Below are positions 32,384 to 42,487 of a DNA stretch of 62,999 bases, piece by piece. The DNA comes from Alphaproteobacteria bacterium (lineage in GTDB: Bacteria; Pseudomonadota; Alphaproteobacteria; CAAHEQ01; UBA3637): NCBI GenBank assembly GCA_045605805.1, contig JAZUQR010000007.1, positions 1-62,999 on the forward strand, written 5' to 3'. The notes beneath the pieces are model-generated. The model was not told the origin of the DNA. It saw nothing but the letters and a program-made list of their open reading frames with translations, and did not search any database. Every line of letters starts with the position of its first letter. Position 1 is the first letter of the stretch. The position numbers and the translations under genes were made by a program.

Positions 32384-33067
32384 GTGGCTTGCTTAATTGT
32401 TGGATTTATGCTGGGGCTAACCATCCCATTTATCGCCAGAAGATTGGGGAAAATCTTGCCTGCCACAATGGGAGAAATCATTTTACAGCTGATACACTTG
32501 CCCAAAGTACCACAAACACATAATCCATTGCAATACAATCTTTTGAAAAGAAAATGGATTGTCTTATGGTGCTATGCGCTTGGAATGGGCTGTTTAACGG
32601 CTGGACTGTTTTGGGCCGCCAAAACATATCTGCCCAATGTGGCCCATATTTTTGCATATATCTTCATCTGGACCAGCCTGTGCGCTGCCGAAACAGATAA
32701 ACGTCACTATCTGTTGCCTGATTGCTTAACCCTACCTCTTCTTTTGGTTGGTTTTTTATTCGCAGTTAGAACAAACATTCTAACACCAATTCAAAGTTTA
32801 TATGGAACCTTTTTTGCCTATTTATTGACAACACTAGCCGTATTTATACTCAACCTCAAAAAACAAATGATTTTTGGGGCCGGTGATACAAAAATGGCAA
32901 TCGCCTTGGGGGCATGGCTTGGTATACAGGGCCTGAACTATACCATCTTTTTATCATTTTTCCTGTTTTTAATGAACAGTCTGATTAAACAAAAAAACAC
33001 AGGAGCTTATGGGCCAGCCCTTGGCCTAGCCGGCTTGATTACTTTTTTTATTCAATATCTAAAATAA
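32384..33067 (+). CDS. Prepilin peptidase (A24 family)
   Basis: Two aspartate motifs TD...LLPD and FGAGDTK, C-terminal YGPAL; multiple TM segments. Confidence 0.8.
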   Translation: MACLIVGFMLGLTIPFIARRLGKILPATMGEIILQLIHLPKVPQTHNPLQYNLLKRKWIVLWCYALGMGCLTAGLFWAAKTYLPNVAHIFAYIFIWTSLCAAETDKRHYLLPDCLTLPLLLVGFLFAVRTNILTPIQSLYGTFFAYLLTTLAVFILNLKKQMIFGAGDTKMAIALGAWLGIQGLNYTIFLSFFLFLMNSLIKQKNTGAYGPALGLAGLITFFIQYLK

Positions 33068-33129
33068 TACTGGACAACAGATTATAAAAAGTTTATAATC
33101 TTATCAAAACAAACAGAAAGGTGATTTTT

Positions 33130-34038
33130 ATGCCAAGAAAAAAGAAAGAAACACTGGTTCATTTTGATATTGATACGCTGTCTAAACAAACCGAACAAAA
33201 ACAACCGGAACATCCCGCTTCATTAGGCCAAACATTAAAGGCCAAACGGGAAAAGAAAAAACTGACATTGGAAGATGTATCAAAGAAGTTGTTCATCAAA
33301 GAAATATACCTGCAAGCCCTAGAAGATGGCCATTATTATGCTTTTCCAAGTCGGGTGTATGGTATCGGTTTTTTGCGTACCTATGCCAAGTTTTTGGGTT
33401 TGGATGCCGATTTAATGGTTGCCGAATTCCACGCTGAAACATCCGACATCAAAGATGCCCCATTGGATATGCCAGTGATTGAAAAACATTTGGCTCTGCC
33501 CTCCAAACGCACATTGACCATTGTGTCATTGTGTATCTTGGTTCTTGTTGTGGTATGGTTCACCGTGGCCACATTGATAACAACTGATATTTTTAAGGTG
33601 GCACAACCGGATCAAATGCCTGTGCCCACCCAAGAAGAAGTTGTCTCACAAGAAGAGATTCCCCAAATTGCTGACGAATCTTTAAATCAAGAAACAACCA
33701 AAGAACAAGACACAGCAATAGAAGCACCGCAAGAACAAGTGAAAGAGAACAAACAACCCGAAAACACTGTAAATCCTTTGGCCTTCACAGCCAAAGCTGC
33801 TTTTGTTGCCACAAACGAAGTGTGGGTGCGTCTGTATAATACAGAAACGCAAAAAGTGATATTGGATAAAGTATTGAAAAAAAATGATTCTTTTATTCCG
33901 GAGGCCGATTTATCTGTTTTGGAACTGACAACAGGTCGTCCAAAGTTATTGGTCTTATATAAAAATGGACAGCAAGTAAAAACATTTGGACAAGAAAAAA
34001 GCCTCTCACTGGCGGACTTTGCTGAAAAACAAAATTAG
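33130..34038 (+). CDS. rodZ: Cytoskeleton protein RodZ (HTH_25 + TM + C-terminal domain)
   Basis: LGQTLK.KRE, ALEDG, GFLRTYAKFLGL, TM, A..EVWVR. Confidence 0.85.
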   Translation: MPRKKKETLVHFDIDTLSKQTEQKQPEHPASLGQTLKAKREKKKLTLEDVSKKLFIKEIYLQALEDGHYYAFPSRVYGIGFLRTYAKFLGLDADLMVAEFHAETSDIKDAPLDMPVIEKHLALPSKRTLTIVSLCILVLVVVWFTVATLITTDIFKVAQPDQMPVPTQEEVVSQEEIPQIADESLNQETTKEQDTAIEAPQEQVKENKQPENTVNPLAFTAKAAFVATNEVWVRLYNTETQKVILDKVLKKNDSFIPEADLSVLELTTGRPKLLVLYKNGQQVKTFGQEKSLSLADFAEKQN

Positions 34039-34090
34039 CCCACATATTTTTACATACAAAACAAACTCACTTAAAACTTTTTAAGCAAGG

Positions 34091-35164
34091 ATGATGACGA
34101 TGGACTATCAAGAAAAACTACAAACAATCTTGTCTCACGCACAAGAATTGACCCAACTTTTAACAACGGAAATGGATACACAAAAAATTATCCAACTGTC
34201 CAAGGAATTAAAATCATTAGAAGATGTGGTAAAAGTGGGCAAAGAATACTTGTCTGCCTGTACCAATTTAACAGATGCAGAACAAATGATGAATGATACT
34301 TCTTTGGATTCAGAAATGAAACAAATGGCCACCGAAGAATACTATGAGTTAAAAGCAAAACTGCCCGAATTGGAAAAACAAATTCAAATTTTGCTGATAC
34401 CCAAAGACGAAGCTGATGAACGAAATGTGATTTTGGAAGTGCGTGCCGGCACAGGCGGAGATGAAGCAGCCTTGTTTGCCGAAGAATTGTTTCGTATGTA
34501 TGAACACTATGCCATGCAAAAAGGATGGCGTTTTGAAACATTGTCACTGAACGCCACCGGATTGGGCGGATACAAAGAAGCCGTTGCCCAAATCACAGGC
34601 TATGGGGCGTTTGGTCGCCTGAAATTTGAATCGGGCGTTCATCGTGTTCAACGTGTTCCCGAAACAGAATCCAGCGGTCGGGTTCACACCTCTGCCGCCA
34701 CAGTTGCCGTTTTACCAGAAGCCCAAGAAGTAGACATTCAAATCAATCCGGAAGATTTGGAAATCACCACCTGTCGTGCCAGCGGTGCTGGTGGTCAACA
34801 TGTGAACAAAACCGACTCAGCCATCCGTATTGTTCATAAACCCACAGGTGTTGCCGTTGAATGCCAAGAAGAACGATCACAGTTCAAAAACAAAGACAAA
34901 GCAATGATGCGTTTGCGCACACTTTTATATGATATGGAACGCCAAAAATTAGATGCCGAAAGATCCTCTAATCGTAAAAACCAAGTTGGCAGCGGCGACA
35001 GATCTGAACGTATTCGCACCTACAACTTTCCACAAGGTCGCGTCACAGATCACCGAATCAACAAAACAGGCTATCAATTGGCCAATTTTATGGAAGGTGA
35101 TTTAGATGAATTTATTGATGCCTTGATAACCGAAGAACAAATGGCAAAACTTGCTGATATATAA
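34091..35164 (+). CDS. prfA: Peptide chain release factor 1
   Basis: [14 protein letters not shown] (PxT), [22 protein letters not shown]. Confidence 0.97.
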   Translation: MMTMDYQEKLQTILSHAQELTQLLTTEMDTQKIIQLSKELKSLEDVVKVGKEYLSACTNLTDAEQMMNDTSLDSEMKQMATEEYYELKAKLPELEKQIQILLIPKDEADERNVILEVRAGTGGDEAALFAEELFRMYEHYAMQKGWRFETLSLNATGLGGYKEAVAQITGYGAFGRLKFESGVHRVQRVPETESSGRVHTSAATVAVLPEAQEVDIQINPEDLEITTCRASGAGGQHVNKTDSAIRIVHKPTGVAVECQEERSQFKNKDKAMMRLRTLLYDMERQKLDAERSSNRKNQVGSGDRSERIRTYNFPQGRVTDHRINKTGYQLANFMEGDLDEFIDALITEEQMAKLADI

Positions 35165-35880
35165 TGGAAAAATTACCTTTTCTTGACCAAAGATTATTAG
35201 AAGAAGCTGCCTCCTCACCTCAGGAGTTGCAATCGTTCATCCAAAGACGCCTACAACACGAACCTGTTGCCAAAATTATCGGAAAAAAAGGCTTTTGGAA
35301 AGACGATTTTATCGTCAACAAAGATGTGCTTGATCCCCGTCCAGATTCCGAAACTTTAATAGAGGCGGTCTTGGAACAATATCCGAACCACACAATGCCT
35401 TTGCGTTTTTTAGATTTAGGCACAGGCAGCGGCTGTCTTTTGCTTTCTCTGCTTCAAGAATATCCAAATGCCACAGGAATGGGTATAGATATTTCCCCAA
35501 AAGCCATTGAAATTGCAAACAAAAACAAAAAAAATCAAAACGCTGTTTTTATGCAAAGGGATATGTGTTCGGATTTATCCGATTTAGGAACATTTGATGT
35601 GATGATTTCAAACCCACCCTATATTCCAACAGCCGAAATTGAAACACTTGAAAAGGATGTCAAAGATTATGATCCACTACTTGCCTTGGATGGCGGCGCG
35701 GATGGGCTGGATTTTTACCGTACGCTTGCCAAGCAACATCTTGCCCCTCGCCTATTTATAGAAATTGGAATAAATCAAGAACAACAAATCATCCCCCTGT
35801 TTGAATCAGAGGGATGGCAATTTGTCAAATCGTGGAAAGATTTAGGTGGCATTACACGTGTGCTTGCATTTGATAGATAA
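35164..35880 (+). CDS. prmC: Release factor glutamine methyltransferase
   Basis: PRPDSE, LDLGTGSG, SNPPYI, ALDGGADGL; N-terminal domain shortened. Confidence 0.95.
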   Translation: MEKLPFLDQRLLEEAASSPQELQSFIQRRLQHEPVAKIIGKKGFWKDDFIVNKDVLDPRPDSETLIEAVLEQYPNHTMPLRFLDLGTGSGCLLLSLLQEYPNATGMGIDISPKAIEIANKNKKNQNAVFMQRDMCSDLSDLGTFDVMISNPPYIPTAEIETLEKDVKDYDPLLALDGGADGLDFYRTLAKQHLAPRLFIEIGINQEQQIIPLFESEGWQFVKSWKDLGGITRVLAFDR

Positions 35881-35938
35881 AAATGAAGCATCCATCTTTT
35901 TCGGAGGATGCCACATTTATTACCTATTAGGGCACTGT

Positions 35939-36334
35939 TTATTTTGACCAAGTAGAACTCTCATACCGTGGCACCATTCTTTTCCATTCATAAACAGTCT
36001 TTGTCGTACCATTTGTCACATTATAAAATGGAACCGCCTTTTCTGTTTTAATACTGGACACATCAAGTACCGCCTCAACAGTTTGAGGATTGCCATCAGT
36101 ATCAAATAACAGAGAGATATCTCTACGATGGTAGGTACATCCTGGAGCAATATTCTTTCCAATCAAGGTCGCAGGGGTCTTTTTGTCCAACGCCTCTTGT
36201 GCTTTGTTCTTTTGGTCTTGGATGCGATAGCAACTGGAGCAACCTTTTAGGCATACAGCCAAAGCAAATAACCCAATCAAAGTTTTCGCCGTTATTTTAG
36301 GGAGTTTGATTTTTGGAATATTCAATTTTTTCAT
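35939..36334 (-). CDS. Hypothetical exported/membrane-anchored protein
   Basis: AAGGA SD; basic N-terminus, hydrophobic segment and cysteines; own promoter. Confidence 0.7.
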   Translation of the reverse strand: MKKLNIPKIKLPKITAKTLIGLFALAVCLKGCSSCYRIQDQKNKAQEALDKKTPATLIGKNIAPGCTYHRRDISLLFDTDGNPQTVEAVLDVSSIKTEKAVPFYNVTNGTTKTVYEWKRMVPRYESSTWSK

Positions 36335-36446
36335 ATAATATCCTTATAGCTATATGTTCACTTGCCCCCTACCTTAAATCCAGATAACGGCTTGCCGCCA
36401 TTACCCAAAGTGACCACAGTATAGCATATCCCAAATCATATGTCAA
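36335..36446 (-). promoter_or_regulatory. Sigma70 promoter plus structured ~80-nt 5' leader
   Basis: TTGACA (36441-36446)-17-TATACT (36418-36423) with TG extension; 13-bp hairpin at 36379-36409. Confidence 0.6.
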
Positions 36447-36454
36447 GCAAAAAC

Positions 36455-37363
36455 TTAATACCCTTCCAATTTTTCTTCTAATGTTGCCCCTGGCAAACAA
36501 TCAATCAAGGGCCGCTCAATTAAAGTATAAGCACCAAATTCGCCCCGTTCTTTTGCCGCAATACAAGCACGCACACAAGAAACCATCACATTGGCTGTAA
36601 ATTCTGGATTTTCCCCCGATACACGATACATTTGATGCACTTCCATAGCCGTTCTTTCAACTTCACCTTCGTGATGCAAGGTATTGTATTTATTGATATC
36701 CTTCACAAATAAAACCTCAGTTGGCGCATCAGCAAAATACACATCTTTTTTAATGGCTTTTTCCACCTGAGCCTCTTGCGCCCCTTCGGCTAATTGAACA
36801 TAAACACGGCGTTTTTGTTTGCCACGACCATTGGCCAAAGTCAAAGCCACAGCATCTTCCACACCATCAATAGCCTTCACAGCAACAGTATGCCCCATAC
36901 TGCGCCCGCCCTTTTCTCCGCCAAAAGTTGTGGTAGTCTGTCCGGTAATGGCAACAATCTTCATCAAAGCACGCACCACAGAATCGGTACCTGGATCCCA
37001 TCCGCACCCAATCATAGAAACAACATTATGTGCTTTAGCATCCAAATCGGCATCCTTTTTCAACGAAACAATGTGTTGATGTTCATCATAGCTGTCCACC
37101 GTACAAAGCCCCATTTTTTGATACATTTTCATCTTAGCAGGCACTTCACGAGAAGGCACGCACAACAAAACAGCATCCACTTTATCCAACTCAGAGATAT
37201 CCGACACAACTTTTGTATGTTGCAACTCCTCTCTGTTTTTCAACAAACTGGCCGGACGACGAACAACACCCGCCAAAGCCATATCCTTACTTTCCTCAAT
37301 AGCACGCTTACATCCACGGCCAACATTTCCCCAACCAATAATCGCAACATTTATTCTTTGCAT
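36455..37363 (-). CDS. ddh: meso-diaminopimelate D-dehydrogenase
   Basis: IIGWGNVG, TVDSYD.H, GWDPG.DS, GRSMGH.VA.K, NPEFTA. Confidence 0.9.
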   Translation of the reverse strand: MQRINVAIIGWGNVGRGCKRAIEESKDMALAGVVRRPASLLKNREELQHTKVVSDISELDKVDAVLLCVPSREVPAKMKMYQKMGLCTVDSYDEHQHIVSLKKDADLDAKAHNVVSMIGCGWDPGTDSVVRALMKIVAITGQTTTTFGGEKGGRSMGHTVAVKAIDGVEDAVALTLANGRGKQKRRVYVQLAEGAQEAQVEKAIKKDVYFADAPTEVLFVKDINKYNTLHHEGEVERTAMEVHQMYRVSGENPEFTANVMVSCVRACIAAKERGEFGAYTLIERPLIDCLPGATLEEKLEGY

Positions 37364-38826
37364 CAGACAATCACTCCTGTCATCTCGTTATATAATTGAC
37401 AATAATCTTCGCTGGATTTATCCCAGGAATAGTTTTTACTCATAGCCATTTCCCGCATTTTTTCAATGTGTTGTGGCCGATCGTAATAGGTTGCATTTGC
37501 CCATCCGATTGTGTTATACAACGCCTGAGCAGACACATCATTAAACTTAAAGCCTGTTCCAACGCCATAGTATTCATTATAATTCAAAACAGTATCTTCC
37601 AACCCGCCTGTTGAACGCACAATAGGCAAAGCCCCATAAGTTTGGCTAACCATCTGTGTCAAACCACACGGTTCATATAAAGAAGGAACCAAAGCAAAAT
37701 CCGCTCCCGAACACATCACATGTTCTGCCTCGGCCTGATAGCCAATCCCTACGGCAATTTTACCAGGGTACTTTTTCGGCAACGAGGAAAAATAATCATT
37801 TGCCCATGGTTCACCTTGACCCATAATCACAAATTGTGTTTCCATTGTATTCAAAACCGGCTCAATACATTCGGCCAACATCTTAATCCCTTTTTGTTCC
37901 GCCAAACGCACACACATAGAGATAATTGGTTTATCAACACTGGAAAGACCAGCTTTTTCAACCAAATAACGTTTGTTTTCTTCTTTACCTTTATTATGCG
38001 TTTTCACAGAATATGTTTCAGGAATAATCAAATCATGCTTAGGATTCCACAGTTCCGTATCAATACCATTCAAAATCCCCTTCAAATCAGCTTGGCGTTC
38101 ACGCAACAACCAATCCAAACCTGCCCCAAACTCTGGGGTTAAAATCTCTTTGGCATAGTTTGGAGAAACAGTATTCAGCTTGTCTGCAAACCGAATACCA
38201 CCCTTCAAAAAATTGATGCAACCATAATCTTCAAACGCACCGGCATGAAAGTCCTTAAACTCAATCCGAGCATAACTTAAAACATCTGCCCCAAAACGTC
38301 CTTGATAAGGCAGATTATGAATAGTCAACAAAGTTTTTGTTTTCATAAAGAAAGAATCTTGCTCATTCTTTATATAATAAGGAATCAATCCGGTTTGCCA
38401 ATCGTGCAAATGAATGACATCTGGTTGAAAACCAATATCTTTTGCCAATTGCAAAGCAGCCCGATCAAAAAAAGCATAGCGATAAGCATTATCTTGATAG
38501 GCTTGACGAGACATCCGATCATCATAAACACCATTGCGGTCAAAATACTTCTTAAACTCAATAAAATAAGTATCAACACCCTTAACATAGCTGGAATGAT
38601 GTACTGAGAAAAACTCTAAACAATTACCCATCCGCACACAATTGCCATCCATAATTTTTTTCAACCGATAGCGTTTGTAGTCAATCATAGAATACAACGG
38701 CACAATTGCTTTAACCTGAACGCCTTTTGAAATCAAAGATTTAGGTAATGCCCCAACAACATCTCCCAATCCCCCTGTTTTAATAAACGGAGTCATTTCA
38801 CTTGCGATAAATAAAACTTTTTTCAT
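37363..38826 (-). CDS. glgA: Glycogen synthase
   Basis: KTGGLGDV, HLHDWQ, TIHNL.YQG, GILNGID, PSLYEPCGLTQM, TGGL.DTV. Confidence 0.95.
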   Translation of the reverse strand: MKKVLFIASEMTPFIKTGGLGDVVGALPKSLISKGVQVKAIVPLYSMIDYKRYRLKKIMDGNCVRMGNCLEFFSVHHSSYVKGVDTYFIEFKKYFDRNGVYDDRMSRQAYQDNAYRYAFFDRAALQLAKDIGFQPDVIHLHDWQTGLIPYYIKNEQDSFFMKTKTLLTIHNLPYQGRFGADVLSYARIEFKDFHAGAFEDYGCINFLKGGIRFADKLNTVSPNYAKEILTPEFGAGLDWLLRERQADLKGILNGIDTELWNPKHDLIIPETYSVKTHNKGKEENKRYLVEKAGLSSVDKPIISMCVRLAEQKGIKMLAECIEPVLNTMETQFVIMGQGEPWANDYFSSLPKKYPGKIAVGIGYQAEAEHVMCSGADFALVPSLYEPCGLTQMVSQTYGALPIVRSTGGLEDTVLNYNEYYGVGTGFKFNDVSAQALYNTIGWANATYYDRPQHIEKMREMAMSKNYSWDKSSEDYCQLYNEMTGVIV

Positions 38827-38944
38827 TGTTTTCTCCCTATCCTAACCGCAGTATAAAGAACTTTTTTCAAATACGCAAGCCTTTTTTTATTTTTTTCTTG
38901 CTTTTTTATAAAAATAGTTTTACCCTACAACAGAAAGGAAGAAA

Positions 38945-40708
38945 ATGAGTGTAAATCAGCAAGAGAATTATTCTCTCAGCGGTTATATTTGGCAAATAAA
39001 AAAAACGGACGAGCGCATGGCAAACGCCATCAGCCAACGTTTTGGTCTGCCTGATTTAATTGCCTCTATTTTGGCAGGGCGTGGCTTTAATTTAGAAACC
39101 ACACAGGATTTCTTAAATCCCACATTAAAACAACACTTGCCCAACCCTTTTTCATTAAAAGATATGGAAAAAGCCGCTGTACGCACAGCCGAAGCAATTC
39201 TCAAAAAAGAACCCATAGGCCTTATGGGGGATTACGATGTGGATGGGGCAACCTCTACCTCCGAGTTAAAACTCTATCTTGAAAAATGCAACATCCAAAC
39301 ACACACCTTCATCCCTGAACGAGAAGATGGATATGGCCCAAACGCCAACAAAATGAAAGAGTTCAAAGAAAAAGGGTGTTCTGTCATTTTAACCTTAGAT
39401 TGCGGAACAACTTCTTTTGAACCAATCCAATACGGCACAGATTTAGGGATAGATGTCATTGTTTTAGATCACCATAACACCGAAACACAACTTCCCAACG
39501 CATATGCCATTGTAAACCCCAAACGATTAGATGAAGATACAAACCATCCCTGTCATCATATGGCCGCATGCGGTGTGGTTTTTTTGTTTATCGTTGCCCT
39601 AAATAAAACACTCCGAGAAAAAGGATTTTGGCAATCCAAACAAGAACCTAATCTGATTCAGTTTTTGGATTTGGTGGCCTTTGGCACAGTTTGTGATGTG
39701 GTAAAATTGATTGGCGTCAACAGATTGCTTGTCAAATCAGGCTTAAAGCAAATGGCCACAGGGCAAAATATCGGCTTAAACGCCTTAGCACGTCAAATCA
39801 ATATGGAAGAAAGTCCAAACACCTATCACTTAGGATACCTCATGGGCCCCCGTGTCAATGCAAGTGGTCGTGTCGGCAAATCAGATATCGGCATGCGTCT
39901 GCTATCTTGTCAAGATGTTTTGGAAGCCAATTTATTGGCAGAAGAACTAGAAAGTCTCAACACTTTAAGACGAGAAATTGAAAATGATGTCTTTTTACAA
40001 GCCATTGAACAAGTGGAATCAAAACCGTTGGATACCCCCTTCATCCTTGTCTGTGGCGAAAATTGGCATCAAGGCGTTGTCGGCATTGTGGCGGGACGCT
40101 TAAAAGAAAGATATAATTTACCTGTCCTTGTCCTTTCCAAAGAAGGAGAAAATATAAAAGGATCATCCAGATCCGTCACAGGTATAGATATCGGCACACT
40201 AATTATGAACGCTATGGACAAAGGTATTTTAACCCGTGGCGGAGGCCACCCAATGGCCGCAGGCTTTTCGCTACTCAGTAATAAAATACAAGATTTTTAT
40301 GACTATCTAAAAGAAAACATTAAACCGGAACTGTTAGATCAACGCCCCAATCATTTAGAAGCAGAAGGCGTCTTAGACTTGGGCGGACTCACCTTGGATT
40401 TAGTTCAAAAACTGGAAGAATTGGCCCCTTTTGGGGAATCAAACCCAGAACCGCTGTTTATTATCAAACAAGTTCACATAACATATACAAATCTGTTAAA
40501 AAACGGACATATCAGTGTGGGACTCAGCAATAAAAATAACCAAAAAATGTCTGCAATTGCTTTTCGGGCAGCCGATACACAAATGGGGCAAGCCTTTTTG
40601 AAAACACATGGAGACGAATTTTTTGATTTAATGGTTTCATTAAAAAAAGATACCTGGAAAGGAAAGACAAAAATTCAAATTCAAATCTTGGATGCAAAGC
40701 GAGTATAA
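38945..40708 (+). CDS. recJ: Single-stranded DNA exonuclease RecJ
   Basis: GDYDVDG, LDCG, LDHH, WHQGVVGIVAGRL, GGGHPMAAG, PFG..NPEP. Confidence 0.97.
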   Translation: MSVNQQENYSLSGYIWQIKKTDERMANAISQRFGLPDLIASILAGRGFNLETTQDFLNPTLKQHLPNPFSLKDMEKAAVRTAEAILKKEPIGLMGDYDVDGATSTSELKLYLEKCNIQTHTFIPEREDGYGPNANKMKEFKEKGCSVILTLDCGTTSFEPIQYGTDLGIDVIVLDHHNTETQLPNAYAIVNPKRLDEDTNHPCHHMAACGVVFLFIVALNKTLREKGFWQSKQEPNLIQFLDLVAFGTVCDVVKLIGVNRLLVKSGLKQMATGQNIGLNALARQINMEESPNTYHLGYLMGPRVNASGRVGKSDIGMRLLSCQDVLEANLLAEELESLNTLRREIENDVFLQAIEQVESKPLDTPFILVCGENWHQGVVGIVAGRLKERYNLPVLVLSKEGENIKGSSRSVTGIDIGTLIMNAMDKGILTRGGGHPMAAGFSLLSNKIQDFYDYLKENIKPELLDQRPNHLEAEGVLDLGGLTLDLVQKLEELAPFGESNPEPLFIIKQVHITYTNLLKNGHISVGLSNKNNQKMSAIAFRAADTQMGQAFLKTHGDEFFDLMVSLKKDTWKGKTKIQIQILDAKRV

Positions 40709-40766
40709 CTTTTTTGCTTGCTTTTTACCCCAAGAATGCGTAAAATGATAAAAAAAGGAGTATAAT

Positions 40767-41363
40767 ATGACAACACTTTTAATTTCTGGCTTGATTGGTT
40801 ATCTGTTTGGCTCTATCCCATTTGGATTGGTTTTAACATACTGCGCCGGCTTGGGCGATATCCGTAAAATTGGTTCTGGCAATATCGGCACAACAAATGT
40901 GCTCAGAACGGGCCATAAAGGTTTGGCATTGCTGACCTTAATTTTGGATGTTTTTAAGGCCGCCTTTGCTGCCCTTCTCTGCCAATGGCTATTTTCCCAA
41001 TCTATGGGCTTTGTCGCCGGTGTGATGGCCGTTTTAGGGCATAATTACCCCATCTGGTTAAAGTTCAAAGGAGGCAAAGGTGTTGCCTCTACGCTGGGTT
41101 TGATGTTGGCAATGACACCGCTTGTTGGCATACTCACCTGTCTGACATGGCTTGTTGTTGCGCTGATTTGGCACTATTCTTCATTGGCTGCTTTAACGGC
41201 CTTAGCAGCAGCCCCCATCTTTGCACTTTTTTCGGGAAACATGACAGCAACTTGGGCCTATCTCGGTTTAATGGTATTATCCTACTACCGTCATAAAGAT
41301 AATATCAAACGTTTAATTAAAAAAGAAGAATCTAAAATATCCTTTCATAAGAAGACCACATGA
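40767..41363 (+). CDS. plsY: Glycerol-3-phosphate acyltransferase PlsY
   Basis: GSIPFG, GSGNIG.TN, GH.YP..FKGGKGVA, H..NI.RL. Confidence 0.96.
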   Translation: MTTLLISGLIGYLFGSIPFGLVLTYCAGLGDIRKIGSGNIGTTNVLRTGHKGLALLTLILDVFKAAFAALLCQWLFSQSMGFVAGVMAVLGHNYPIWLKFKGGKGVASTLGLMLAMTPLVGILTCLTWLVVALIWHYSSLAALTALAAAPIFALFSGNMTATWAYLGLMVLSYYRHKDNIKRLIKKEESKISFHKKTT

Positions 41364-42487
41364 CAGAACAAGAACAACTTGATTGGTTGCGCCTACTCTT
41401 ATCAGAAAATGTAGGAGCCATCACATTCCGCAAACTTCTTGCCGTCTTTGGCTCAGCAGCCGAAGCCTTAAAGAATATATCGGCATGGGCTCAAAAAGGT
41501 GGGGCAAAAAAACAAATCAAAGTTGCCGAAGAAAAAGTGGCTGTTTTTCAATTAAAACAAGCTCAAAAGTCGGGTGTTAAACTGTTGTTTTCATGTGATA
41601 AAGACTATCCTAAGTTGTTAAAATATATCACAGATTATCCACCCGTTTTATTCATCAAAGGACAAACACACTTGCTTGAAAAAGAATGTGTTGCCCTTGT
41701 TGGTACACGTGCAGCCACCTTAAATGGAAAAAACTTTGCAACGCATATATCCAAAGAATTGGCCGAACAAGACTATGTCATTGTTTCCGGACTTGCAAAA
41801 GGCATAGATAAAGCTGCCCATATTGGTGCATTACAAAGCGCAAACGGAAAAGGCGGCACAATTGCTGTGCTTGGCACAGATATCAACACTTGCTACCCTG
41901 CCGAAAATCAAGAACTGTACAACGAAATTGAAACAAGGGGCTGTTTAATTTCAGAATTTCCATTCAAAACAATGATAACCCCACAAAACTTTCCAAGACG
42001 AAACCGTATCATCTCTGGTCTATCACAAGGGGTTGTCGTTGTGGAAGCCAACCTTCATTCTGGTTCTTTAATCACAGCAAAAGAAGCTCTTTCACAAAAC
42101 CGAGAGGTTTTTGCTGTCCCTGGTTCGCCACTTGATCCCCGAGCCGCAGGGCCAAACGCATTGATTCAAGATGGGGCAACACTGGTCACAAAAACACAAG
42201 ATATTACAGATGTTTTAACACACAATGCCTCGTTCCATTTAACAGATGCTGTTTTGAAAACACCTTACAATCTGGATAATATTCCCAAAGAAAAAGAGTT
42301 GGATGCAGCCCGCACATTGATTTTAGAAAACCTCAGTCCGGAAATGACAGAAATTGATGCCCTTATCCGAGAAACAAACTTAGAACCAAGAATTGTCCAT
42401 GTTATTTTAACACAACTGGAATTAGCAGGCCGCATTGAACATTTCACAGGCAACAGAATTGCCCTGATTTATGGAGGAAAAGAATGA
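41360..42487 (+). CDS. dprA: DNA-processing protein DprA
   Basis: VGTR, VSGLA.GID..AH, FPRRNRIISG, SGSLITA, REVFAVPG. Confidence 0.96.
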   Translation: MTEQEQLDWLRLLLSENVGAITFRKLLAVFGSAAEALKNISAWAQKGGAKKQIKVAEEKVAVFQLKQAQKSGVKLLFSCDKDYPKLLKYITDYPPVLFIKGQTHLLEKECVALVGTRAATLNGKNFATHISKELAEQDYVIVSGLAKGIDKAAHIGALQSANGKGGTIAVLGTDINTCYPAENQELYNEIETRGCLISEFPFKTMITPQNFPRRNRIISGLSQGVVVVEANLHSGSLITAKEALSQNREVFAVPGSPLDPRAAGPNALIQDGATLVTKTQDITDVLTHNASFHLTDAVLKTPYNLDNIPKEKELDAARTLILENLSPEMTEIDALIRETNLEPRIVHVILTQLELAGRIEHFTGNRIALIYGGKE

